From a virus, in the IMG/VR virus record IMGVR_UViG_3300038405_000273: a stretch of DNA of 64,000 nucleotides; one strand, 5' to 3'. A model generated the notes under the pieces. It made no database searches. It was not told the DNA's origin and saw nothing but the letters and a program-made list of their open reading frames with translations. Positions 46,823-54,913 of this stretch are shown in pieces. Position numbers and translations under genes: made by a program. How positions within the stretch are numbered: the stretch's first letter is position 1; every line of letters starts with the position of its first letter.

Positions 46823-46829
46823 CGTCTCC

Positions 46830-47042
46830 ATGGCACGTACGCGAAAAAGAGCCCTTCGTCGGTTCGTGTTCGGTGAGCCCAAGGCCCGTCGTAAGCGGCG
46901 CGCCTCGGGCGTAGCCGCGCGAGCCAAGAACGCCCCGAAGCACTGCAAGGTGGAGCTGGGGTCGTGCATGCGTGGCGGGGGCGGGCGATCGAAGGCAGGG
47001 AAGTGCATGAAGGCGTACTGGGGCTGCATCAAGTCGAGCTGA
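46830..47042 (+). CDS. Arg/Lys/Cys-rich basic protein
   Basis: MARTRKRALRRFVFGEPKARRKRR; four Cys. Confidence 0.7.
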   Translation: MARTRKRALRRFVFGEPKARRKRRASGVAARAKNAPKHCKVELGSCMRGGGGRSKAGKCMKAYWGCIKSS

Positions 47043-47049
47043 GCGCGCC

Positions 47050-47313
47050 GTGGCTCGCCGCCGTCGCCCATTCATCCCGATGATCCCGTGGCTGCGCGGC
47101 AGCTCCGGGCGCGGGAGGATTTCGTCCGGCGAGGCGTGCAGCATCCTGAACCGCATCGGGATTCCGCGCGGCGAGGATTTCCACACGCTGTCCAGCTCGA
47201 AGGTAGATGCGCTGGTGGACGAGGCGAAGCGGCGCGGCTACAAGAAGCCGAAGAACGCGAACGGCTCGCGCGGCCGCTACTTCCACGCGTACTTGCAGAG
47301 GAGCTGTCGATGA
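47050..47313 (+). CDS. Arg-rich basic protein
   Basis: MARRRRPF...WLRGSSGRGR. Confidence 0.7.
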   Translation: MARRRRPFIPMIPWLRGSSGRGRISSGEACSILNRIGIPRGEDFHTLSSSKVDALVDEAKRRGYKKPKNANGSRGRYFHAYLQRSCR

Positions 47314-47750
47314 AGACGATCTTGGGCGTGCTCGTCCCGCTCGGCCTCGTCGGCGCTGGCGTCTGGGCGATGCGCGGCCGTGGGGGCTCGCTGAGCGGCT
47401 CGCGCCGGCGCCGTCGCGTAGGGCTTCGCGGCCCCCACGAGGTGCGCGAGCTGAAGCTCTACTGCGAGAACGACGGTGACCTCTACCGCCAGCAGGTGCA
47501 GCCGATCCATCGCAACTTGGAGAAGAAGATCGCAAAGGGCGTCTACGACCACGCGAAGGCGAAGAAGCTGTGGATGTACCTCGCCGACAACTGCGCGAAG
47601 AAGTACGCCAAGGAATTCGGCTCTCCAGGAACGCCCTGGCACAAGATGTTCTCGACGGCCGACCGGCGCGAGGTCGCAGCGGAGTTCGCCGACGAGTTCA
47701 AGAACGAGTACGACATCCAGCACCCGACGCTGCACGGGTATCGGTCATGA
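47310..47750 (+). CDS. Membrane-anchored protein with poly-Arg linker and helical domain
   Basis: ATGA coupling; N-terminal TM, LSGSRRRRR, ELKLYCENDGDLY domain. Confidence 0.8.
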   Translation: MKTILGVLVPLGLVGAGVWAMRGRGGSLSGSRRRRRVGLRGPHEVRELKLYCENDGDLYRQQVQPIHRNLEKKIAKGVYDHAKAKKLWMYLADNCAKKYAKEFGSPGTPWHKMFSTADRREVAAEFADEFKNEYDIQHPTLHGYRS

Positions 47751-47998
47751 AGCAGCGCCGGGTCTGCCTCGCGCCGGGGTACAAGTACGAGTACGACGGC
47801 GCCCCGCACAGTTGGACGGCGTCCAGCGACGAGCGCTGGGACATCGTCAACGAGAAAGCCGTATGTGGCGCGCGCCTCGGGAAGCGGCTCATCGACGGCC
47901 GCGTCGCAACAGTCGTGCAAGCGCGCGGGAAGGTCTACGCCAGCACCCACGTGACGCACGATCGAACTGGGCTGGGGCGCGCGCGTCGGAGGCGCTGA
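47747..47998 (+). CDS. Small protein with C-terminal GLGRARRRR
   Basis: ATGA coupling; 83 aa. Confidence 0.7.
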   Translation: MKQRRVCLAPGYKYEYDGAPHSWTASSDERWDIVNEKAVCGARLGKRLIDGRVATVVQARGKVYASTHVTHDRTGLGRARRRR

Positions 47999-47999
47999 G

Positions 48000-48233
48000 A
48001 TGGCGTACAGGCCACGAAAGACGTTCAATGCCACAGCGCAGGTCGTGTGCGTTCAGCGCGATGGCTATAGAACGTCTTTCGGTTTGACGACCGTCGCGGA
48101 CATCAAGGCGACGACGAAAAAGGCCGCTGAGCAGATCGCGCGTCGCCTGTGGCGCATGCGCGGCGAGCTTCCTGTGAAGCGCCCGAAGTACAGGTCTTCG
48201 TGCAAGCTTCTCTCGTCTATCGAGGAAGTGTAA
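48000..48233 (+). CDS. Small basic protein
   Basis: 77 aa co-oriented ORF. Confidence 0.65.
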   Translation: MAYRPRKTFNATAQVVCVQRDGYRTSFGLTTVADIKATTKKAAEQIARRLWRMRGELPVKRPKYRSSCKLLSSIEEV

Positions 48234-48245
48234 GAGGCGACGCTG

Positions 48246-48758
48246 ATGGCCATCCATACGCGTCCGAGCCACCACAACTGCCATCGTAGCCAGCCGCGCA
48301 ACCGGATCCGCTACTTCGTCGCGCCGAACGAGAACAAGCGCGCAGGCGGCTTCTGTCCGCTCTACACCGTCAACAACCAGCGCATGGCGTACAGCCGAAA
48401 GCGCGCGTGGCAGACGCACGGGAACACGTTCTGTCGTGGGTACGACAAGGCCACCGCGATCAAGATGGCGAAGGCGGCGGCGATGGACGAGGCCGAGCGC
48501 CACTACGGCGGAGACGACTGCACGACCGTGGTGTACAGCGCGACGGGCAGCACGCGATTCGCGGGCAGTGCGGGCAGCAAGCGCGGCTATCGCAAGCCCA
48601 AGCTGAAAGTCGGCTCGACCTACTACACTCCGCACGGCTGGATGTCGGTTCACTTCGTCGACACGCGTGCTGCTGGCGGGCGCGGACAGGTCATCGCCTA
48701 CAGCGAGGGCAAGAAGTACATCTGGGACCTGCCGCACTTCAACGCCATGCGCTTCTGA
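48246..48758 (+). CDS. Basic hypothetical protein
   Basis: 170 aa; internal FAGSAGSKRGYRK linker. Confidence 0.7.
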   Translation: MAIHTRPSHHNCHRSQPRNRIRYFVAPNENKRAGGFCPLYTVNNQRMAYSRKRAWQTHGNTFCRGYDKATAIKMAKAAAMDEAERHYGGDDCTTVVYSATGSTRFAGSAGSKRGYRKPKLKVGSTYYTPHGWMSVHFVDTRAAGGRGQVIAYSEGKKYIWDLPHFNAMRF

Positions 48759-49024
48759 TGAAGCGCCGCTACTGCCACGCCGGCTACAACGAGAACGGCG
48801 ACCCCGTCTTCGTTGAGCACGGCAACCCGAGCGCTCCCACGCGTGCGCTGACGGGCGTCGCCGTCGAAGGCAAGCCCGTCGCACCGGGAAGCGGGCTCGC
48901 GCTCGTCGAGTTCGAGGAGGACGGCCACGCGATGATGGAAGACGTGGTCGAGCCGACTTCGAGCGGGCCGGCCAAAGTCGCCACGGATGCTTATCGGCGC
49001 GGCTGGGACAAGGCATTCAACTGA
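48758..49024 (+). CDS. Hypothetical protein
   Basis: TGATG coupling; ends GPAKVATDAYRRGWDKAFN. Confidence 0.7.
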   Translation: MKRRYCHAGYNENGDPVFVEHGNPSAPTRALTGVAVEGKPVAPGSGLALVEFEEDGHAMMEDVVEPTSSGPAKVATDAYRRGWDKAFN

Positions 49025-49067
49025 AAGGTTGCCGGTTTCGTCCTTATATTGTATGTATATAACCCAA

Positions 49068-49488
49068 ATGGGTGACATCGTACGGAAGGTCGAGGTCTGC
49101 AGCCTGACGACGGCTGGTGAGCCAGGGCCGTGCACGACGGTAGACGCCTTGATCGATCCCGGCGCGTCCAGCACTGTCATCTCTGCGCGCCTAAGCGAAG
49201 CGGATGGGAGGCAAGACGCTTCCGTCGCGGTACGCTGCAACGATCGAGGGGAAGAAATTCCCAGTGAAGCTCGCCGCGGTCAAGCTCCGTGCACCCACGT
49301 GCACTGAAGCGGTGCTTACGACTGTCGTCTCCGACCAGCTCGTTGGGCGCGCGGCGCTGCCAGTAGAAATGCTGCTCGGTCACGACTACCTCCAACGGAA
49401 GCGCGTTGCGCTCCTCTGTGCTGAGCGCCCGGAAGAGCACAAGGCCGCGTGTACGACGGGAGGGCATCGTGCCCGGCGGGCGCCCTAG
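49068..49488 (+). pseudogene. Clan AA (retropepsin-like) aspartyl protease split by a one-base frameshift
   Basis: ALIDPGASSTVIS in one frame and MLLGHDYL in another; deleting one A at 49193-49194 gives ISARLAKRMGG. Confidence 0.7.
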
Positions 49489-49636
49489 AATTCCCGGGCT
49501 CCAGCTCGTCACGCTTCGGCTGCGCAGCGCCGACGTGCGAGCAGCACGCGCCGTAGCGAAGCAACGCGCGGTCCCCTACCAGCTTGTTATTCGTGAGTGG
49601 GTAGGGGCCGGCGCGTCGGCGCAGCGCGTGGCCTAG
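49469..49636 (+). CDS. Ribbon-helix-helix DNA-binding protein
   Basis: GTG start after GGAGG; GRPRIPGLQLVTLRL...PYQLVIREW; paralog of 13226..13411. Confidence 0.7.
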   Translation: MPGGRPRIPGLQLVTLRLRSADVRAARAVAKQRAVPYQLVIREWVGAGASAQRVA

Positions 49637-49983
49637 TTTTCGTCGAGCAGCTTCTCGGCGCAGAGCACGCGCAGGTGCACGAGCATGGCGTCGAAGTGGT
49701 CCTTCACGAAGTCGTCGAGAGCTGCCGGCGTGAGCTTCCCTGGAGGGATAAGCGATCGCGGATTTTTCATCAGCTCGGTCGCGCACGCGATACAAAAAGG
49801 GGGCGCTGTGGCTGTTCCGAGCGAGGTTGGCGTAGCATCACCCTCGCGCACGGCTACGCAGAGCGACACACGATAATCGCTCATGTGCGTGCGGCACGTG
49901 TCGCGATGGCAGATCGAGCATGCAGTGTCCGTTGGGTTCGAGCATCCATCGGCATCGCAGAGACGTGCTAGGCGCTCGCTCAT
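49633..49983 (-). CDS. Cys-rich zinc-binding protein
   Basis: CDADGC, CSIC, CRTH, CIAC. Confidence 0.7.
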   Translation of the reverse strand: MSERLARLCDADGCSNPTDTACSICHRDTCRTHMSDYRVSLCVAVREGDATPTSLGTATAPPFCIACATELMKNPRSLIPPGKLTPAALDDFVKDHFDAMLVHLRVLCAEKLLDEN

Positions 49984-50492
49984 TTTTTGAACACGAGCGA
50001 TCGTGCCTTCATGTACTTGTCGAGCTGTGCCTTGACGATGCCGGCGACAATGCCCTCCGGGACCTTCCACGAGTCGGTCGCGAGCCGCATATTGTTGGCG
50101 ATTCGCCAGTGTAGCTCGTTCTCCGCGCGCTCCTGCGACCACTTGGAGAGGACGCGCTTCCAGCCCTTGGCCGGGTCGAAGTCGTAGCGGAGCGTCGCCG
50201 CGCGTTTGCCGTGCTCCACGTTGAGGCGATAGGCCGAGAAGCGCCCCGAGCGGCCGGCGGCGTAGAGTTGGATAGCGTCTAGCGCCTTGCGCGCGCGGAC
50301 TCGGCCGGCAACGCGCTGGTTGTAGATCGGCGAGTCGCCCGTTGCGACCATGTAGACGCGGCACTTCGAGCACGGCACGCCATCGTAGCTGCCGCCGATG
50401 TAGCCGTCCTCGTCGCAGCGTCCGCCGCACCGATAGGCGCCGAGCGGCTTGCGCTTCTCGTCGGGCAGATCGTCGGTGTCGGCGCCATTCAT
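49980..50492 (-). CDS. Hypothetical protein with Cys4 motif
   Basis: CGGRC...CSKC; ATGA coupling. Confidence 0.7.
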   Translation of the reverse strand: MNGADTDDLPDEKRKPLGAYRCGGRCDEDGYIGGSYDGVPCSKCRVYMVATGDSPIYNQRVAGRVRARKALDAIQLYAAGRSGRFSAYRLNVEHGKRAATLRYDFDPAKGWKRVLSKWSQERAENELHWRIANNMRLATDSWKVPEGIVAGIVKAQLDKYMKARSLVFKK

Positions 50493-50594
50493 CGGAACCG
50501 CTCCTTCCACCACATGCCGAAATAGAAGCCGGCGACGAGGAACGCGATCGCGCAGAGGAGGTCAGTGTTCATGCGTTGGTCCTTTCGACGAACA

Positions 50595-51182
50595 TCAGTT
50601 CACTTTCGCGTGCAGCGTTTTGATCGCGCCGCGCAACAGAACATCCAGCGGCAGCTTCGGGTCGAGCTTCGCGACCACTGGCTCGTACTCGCCCTTCGTG
50701 TAACCCAGCTCGCGCATGGCCGTACGCACGTCATCCAAGCGCATCCTGTCGGCCGGCGCCAGCGTGTTGATCTCGCCCGAGACGCTATCCTGCACCACCT
50801 TCCGCCCATGCTCGCGGAGCACGTCGATCACGATCTTCTTTACGTGCTCGATGTCGACAGAACGACCAGCTCGTTCCTGGCGCTTCTCACGAACAACCCG
50901 GTCCATCTCGCCGACGACGCGGCCGACGCGCGCCTCGCGCCCGTGCCACGCCCAGCGGACGAGCGCGCCGAGCGCGCCGTGCGGGATGACGAACAGGAGG
51001 CCCACGCCGAGCAGCGTGTACATCAGGAGCGTGGAGCCTGTCTGCCCGAGCAGAAAGGACGAGCCGCGGGCGATGAGGTGGCCGGTGATGCCGCAGGTCT
51101 CGGCGAACGCGTAGAACACGGCGATGGCGATGAGCAGGACGCCGGTGATGAGGCGCTTGCGGGAGGGGTGGAGGTTTTTCAT
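50595..51182 (-). CDS. Membrane protein with C-terminal RuvA domain III-like module
   Basis: N-terminal hydrophobic helices; C-terminal DVRTAMRELGY...LLRGAIKTL. Confidence 0.7.
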   Translation of the reverse strand: MKNLHPSRKRLITGVLLIAIAVFYAFAETCGITGHLIARGSSFLLGQTGSTLLMYTLLGVGLLFVIPHGALGALVRWAWHGREARVGRVVGEMDRVVREKRQERAGRSVDIEHVKKIVIDVLREHGRKVVQDSVSGEINTLAPADRMRLDDVRTAMRELGYTKGEYEPVVAKLDPKLPLDVLLRGAIKTLHAKVN

Positions 51183-51451
51183 GGGAGGGGTCCTTTCACT
51201 TGGGCAAGAAGCTCTGCAGGCGGCGGGCCGATCCGCGTCGGCTCTTCCGTCTCGGCGAACTCCACTTCGGGCTGCCAGTCGACGATGGTCTGATCGTCGA
51301 GACTGTCGGCGACAGTGAGCACCTCCGTGGTGAGGAGCGCTTCAGGACCGCGGCGACCACAGCCAATGCAGGCGCGGCAGCCGTTGACGGCGTCGAAGTA
51401 GACTAGGACGACGTCGTGGCCGCAGGCGGCGCAGGCGCCGAGGCGGGTCAC
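51179..51451 (-). CDS. Zinc-ribbon protein with acidic tail
   Basis: CAAC...CRACIGC; GGAGG RBS, GTG start. Confidence 0.6.
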   Translation of the reverse strand: MTRLGACAACGHDVVLVYFDAVNGCRACIGCGRRGPEALLTTEVLTVADSLDDQTIVDWQPEVEFAETEEPTRIGPPPAELLAQVKGPLP

Positions 51452-51594
51452 CGACGCACCTCCGTGCTCTTCTTGAGGACGAGGAAGCGCAGCGCCCGCT
51501 CGATGGCATGGCCGCGATCGACACCGCGCTTTTGCAGCTCGGCGAGCAACTCGCGGATGATCAGAGTGGCTTCGGCTTGTTCGCGAGGGGTCAC
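51448..51594 (-). CDS. Small helical protein
   Basis: GTG start overlapping the upstream stop. Confidence 0.5.
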   Translation of the reverse strand: MTPREQAEATLIIRELLAELQKRGVDRGHAIERALRFLVLKKSTEVRR

Positions 51595-51875
51595 AGGATG
51601 ACCCCCGCGCACGAGCTGCGATCGCAGATGAGGTATCCGGCCTCGCGCGTCGACTTGGCACACTTCGTCGCGCAGGAGCAGACCCGATGGAGCAGCTCGG
51701 TACCCGTGATCGCGCCGGGGTGGTACAGGTTCGCACGGCGGAACGCAGCCGGCTCGGTGACACCCCCGTACGTGACGAACCGACCGTCGATCAGCCGGAA
51801 CGTGAACAGCTTGAGCGACATGCGCCGCTCATCGTCGAAGTTGTACTCTTGCGACTCGGCAGTGATCGTATCCAT
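51591..51875 (-). CDS. Hypothetical Cys-rich protein
   Basis: ATG directly after the repeated promoter motif. Confidence 0.6.
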   Translation of the reverse strand: MDTITAESQEYNFDDERRMSLKLFTFRLIDGRFVTYGGVTEPAAFRRANLYHPGAITGTELLHRVCSCATKCAKSTREAGYLICDRSSCAGVIL

Positions 51876-51877
51876 GT

Positions 51878-51892
51878 GCCAGCAATCTAGCA
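51878..51892 (-). promoter_or_regulatory. Repeated promoter motif TGCTAGATTGCTGGC
   Basis: Exact copy followed by AC-ATG. Confidence 0.75.
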
Positions 51893-51986
51893 CATCCCAT
51901 TCCACACCGGAACACCCGTCTACCCGCCCAGTTTACGCCCGTATGCGCCGTGTCACGCCGCGTCTACTGTGGCGCTGTGGCACACC

Positions 51987-52211
51987 TCACGTGCCAAAAA
52001 GCAGCACGGATCCGTCGTCTTCCACGTGCACCGGGACCCCCTCCTCTACCGGAGCGGCGAGATGTGAACCACAGGTGCAGACGCGCAGCTCGAACAGCAC
52101 GTCCCCGGTTTCGTCGAGCTGGACGCCGGCAGGGGTGGTCGAGCGGCGCAAGGCAAGCGGGTCTGCGCGGAGCGCGTCGTGCGTCTCGTAGGTGCAGCCT
52201 GCACCGAGCAT
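51987..52211 (-). CDS. Hypothetical protein
   Basis: ELRVCTCGSHL motif; start uncertain. Confidence 0.5.
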   Translation of the reverse strand: MLGAGCTYETHDALRADPLALRRSTTPAGVQLDETGDVLFELRVCTCGSHLAAPVEEGVPVHVEDDGSVLLFGT

Positions 52212-52231
52212 GCAAATGATCCTTTCGACCG

Positions 52232-52408
52232 TTACGGTTTGGACTTGAGCCCGGCTCGCAGCGCAAGCTCGGCAGATAGACACTCGCCCCGCCTCGTGAA
52301 CGGACCGCTCACGGGAGGCCCGAGCGCGCCGCCAACGACGCGGTAGACGAACCAACGCCTAAGTTTTCGGTCGAATGCCGAGCAGAAGACGATGCATCGT
52401 TCCTTCAT
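52232..52408 (-). CDS. Small hypothetical protein
   Basis: ATGA coupling, GAGG RBS. Confidence 0.55.
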   Translation of the reverse strand: MKERCIVFCSAFDRKLRRWFVYRVVGGALGPPVSGPFTRRGECLSAELALRAGLKSKP

Positions 52409-52704
52409 CTCGCCGCCTCGCTGAACAGCCCTCTGAGCAGGATGCTTTGCATATCGCTCGTGCTGGCGCCGAGCCGACGGGCGGCATCGAAAGCTCGAAA
52501 TGTCTCCGGCCGCCCGGCGAGCGCGAGGCCGAGTTCGCCGAACTTCTCGTGCTCGAAGCCGAGCAGGTCGAGCGCGCAATTGATGGACACGATGATCTCG
52601 ACCATCGCGTCTATGTCATCGCGTGGGCTGCCAGTCATGTCGAACTTGAAAGCGGCCAGCACCGTTTCCACGGCTTCGGAGTATTGCAAGTGGTGCGGCA
52701 TCAT
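52405..52704 (-). CDS. Hypothetical protein
   Basis: GAGG RBS; overlaps neighbours at both ends. Confidence 0.65.
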   Translation of the reverse strand: MMPHHLQYSEAVETVLAAFKFDMTGSPRDDIDAMVEIIVSINCALDLLGFEHEKFGELGLALAGRPETFRAFDAARRLGASTSDMQSILLRGLFSEAAR

Positions 52705-52955
52705 TCCGCCCTCGACAGAGCGCGCTGAGCGAGAAGCGCTGCGCGCGCCTGCGGTCCGTGGCCGTGCGCCCACTCGATGCCTTCATCTCGCGACCAGACA
52801 TCACCGAAGCGTGCGCCGCAACGCCATGAGATCGCGACAGCACCAGACTGTAACTCTTGTACTTGCTCGACATAGGCGCGCAGCAGCTTCGGGTGCTCCT
52901 CGCCCCACTTCTTGACCGCGACCGTGATCCCGGCGCCGATGCATGGGAGGCTCAT
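52701..52955 (-). CDS. Small protein, WxxG(W/H) family copy 3
   Basis: PCIGAGITV...DEGIEWAHGHGPQARAALLAQRAL. Confidence 0.7.
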   Translation of the reverse strand: MSLPCIGAGITVAVKKWGEEHPKLLRAYVEQVQELQSGAVAISWRCGARFGDVWSRDEGIEWAHGHGPQARAALLAQRALSRAE

Positions 52956-53413
52956 GCACGCGACTCTCGCAACGCCTTCTCGGCGAGCACCGCGCGACGA
53001 AGCTTGACGCTCTTGAGTGCTTCACGCAGCTTCGCGCCATCGACAGCGCCGATCTCGTGCGCCCACGTCGGAACGAACAGATGACCATGCCCTTGCTCGT
53101 CAACAACGCGGCGAACCGACACACCGTGTGCAGCGAGGGCCCCCGCCATCGCCGCCGCTATGGAGATCCACCCTCGCGCTTCTAGCCGCGCAATGCGTCC
53201 CTTAGTCGTCTTCAGCCGCGTGACCTTCCCGCGCATGATGATCGCTGGCGCCTTCTCGTCGACGACCGCGCGGACCTTGCGAAGCGCGCCGAGCACGCGC
53301 CTGCGCGCGTTCCGGCGAGCGATCGGCCGCCCCTCGGTGCCGTCGAGCCCGCGGAGCGCCATCACGAGGGCGTACAGCGCGATGTCGTAGGCGGGGACGT
53401 TCGTGGAGCGCAT
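52952..53413 (-). CDS. Basic hypothetical protein
   Basis: 153 aa co-oriented ORF abutting the vWA gene. Confidence 0.7.
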   Translation of the reverse strand: MRSTNVPAYDIALYALVMALRGLDGTEGRPIARRNARRRVLGALRKVRAVVDEKAPAIIMRGKVTRLKTTKGRIARLEARGWISIAAAMAGALAAHGVSVRRVVDEQGHGHLFVPTWAHEIGAVDGAKLREALKSVKLRRAVLAEKALRESRA

Positions 53414-54886
53414 CTAGGCCGCCCTCCTCTCTTCCTCTTCCTCCACGTGGACGACCTCGCCGAAGTCCGGCGTGAAGTCTGGATTTCCGCCGACGATGCA
53501 CCAGATGGTGCCGAACGGCGGTGTGGCGGGACGGTCGATGTAGCCGTCCGTGATGACGATGCAGACCTCGGGCATCGGACGGAGCTTGGCGACCGCCGTG
53601 AGCGCAGGCGCCATCGCCGTGCCGCCACCGCCTGTCAGCATCTTCGCAGCCTCCTCGATGTTCTTCACCGGCCGGATCCCGTGCACCTTGGCGTCGCAGA
53701 CTACGAACGTGATGTCGGCGCCCACGGCGTCGAGCACGCCCTTGACCTCGGAAAGCGCCGTCGAGAGCGCGTCCGTGCTCATCGAGCCCGACGTGTCGAC
53801 GACGACGGCCACGCGAGGTTGCGGCGCGTGCGTCGCCGGCATCACCGGGCGGCCCACGCCGAACCCGACGCCCGCTTGCCGGCGGCTCATGCGAGTCCAA
53901 GTGTAGTCGACAGCGCCCGGCCGGTAGGCGATGGCGTTGCGGGCCAGCCGCGCGAGCTTTTGCCGCCACGGGATCTTCGGCGGCGCGAGCTGCTCATCGG
54001 CCCACCGTTCGAGCGCCGCAGGCACCGTGCCGCGGTTCTTCGAGCCATACTCGCGCACGGCCTGCGCGGTCTCTCGGCGCATCCGCTCCATCGACGCCTC
54101 GGAGCGCCCGCCGGTATCCGTGGTGCCGCTCTCGCCGCCGCTGCCTTTGCCGTCCTTGCTGGCGCCGCCCTTGTCCTTGCCTGGCTTGGGCTCGCCGGGG
54201 ACGGGGCGGTGCGCGCAGCCGCCGCAGTGGCCGGTACCCGCGCCAGCGCCCTTGCCGCCTGGAAGCGCGGACGTGCCGCTACCAGCCGAGCTGCCGTTGC
54301 TGCCACCCTGTGAGCCGGCGCCCTTGCTGCTGCCCTGCCCGCCCCCGCCGGCTTTTTGCTGCTCCTTCTTCATCTCCTCGACCAGCAGGCGATAGCGCTG
54401 CTCGGTGGCGAGCCCTGGCGGCTGCTTGAGTGTGCTCGGGAGAACGCAGCCTTTTGGCAGCGTGACGAACTTCGAGATGTCCTCGTTGATGCACGCGTCG
54501 CCAGCGAGGTTCCATAGCCGCGCCCCGACGACTGCCTCGATGGTGGCTTCGGGGACGATGCTCATCGCGGTGGCGCGCTCGCTGTGCCGAAGCACGACGT
54601 GCATCGCCTCGTGCACGAGCACCCCGGATAGCTCGTCGACGCTGAGGCCGAGCAAGAACTTCGGGTACCAGTACAGGATCCCGTCGTTCGAGACGGCGAG
54701 CGTCGGCTCCATGCCGGCGGAGCGCATCGCCGTCGCCATCTCCTCGTCGATCTCCCGGCGAAGGAGCCCGCGCAGGATCGCGCCGAAGTACGGCGCGATC
54801 CCGTTCGGGCGTCCATCGGATTTGCGCGTCGGATCGATGACGCGGGTGATGCCAGCGGCCAGTTTCTCACGAGCTGAAAGAGCCAT
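53414..54886 (-). CDS. DUF2201-like metallopeptidase + vWA domain protein
   Basis: VLVHEAMH (HExxH), WNLAGDACIN, VVVDTSGSM (MIDAS), GGGGT, IVITDG. Confidence 0.9.
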   Translation of the reverse strand: MALSAREKLAAGITRVIDPTRKSDGRPNGIAPYFGAILRGLLRREIDEEMATAMRSAGMEPTLAVSNDGILYWYPKFLLGLSVDELSGVLVHEAMHVVLRHSERATAMSIVPEATIEAVVGARLWNLAGDACINEDISKFVTLPKGCVLPSTLKQPPGLATEQRYRLLVEEMKKEQQKAGGGGQGSSKGAGSQGGSNGSSAGSGTSALPGGKGAGAGTGHCGGCAHRPVPGEPKPGKDKGGASKDGKGSGGESGTTDTGGRSEASMERMRRETAQAVREYGSKNRGTVPAALERWADEQLAPPKIPWRQKLARLARNAIAYRPGAVDYTWTRMSRRQAGVGFGVGRPVMPATHAPQPRVAVVVDTSGSMSTDALSTALSEVKGVLDAVGADITFVVCDAKVHGIRPVKNIEEAAKMLTGGGGTAMAPALTAVAKLRPMPEVCIVITDGYIDRPATPPFGTIWCIVGGNPDFTPDFGEVVHVEEEEERRAA

Positions 54887-54913
54887 AGCTGTCTCCCCTT
54901 GCAGACTGCGTGC

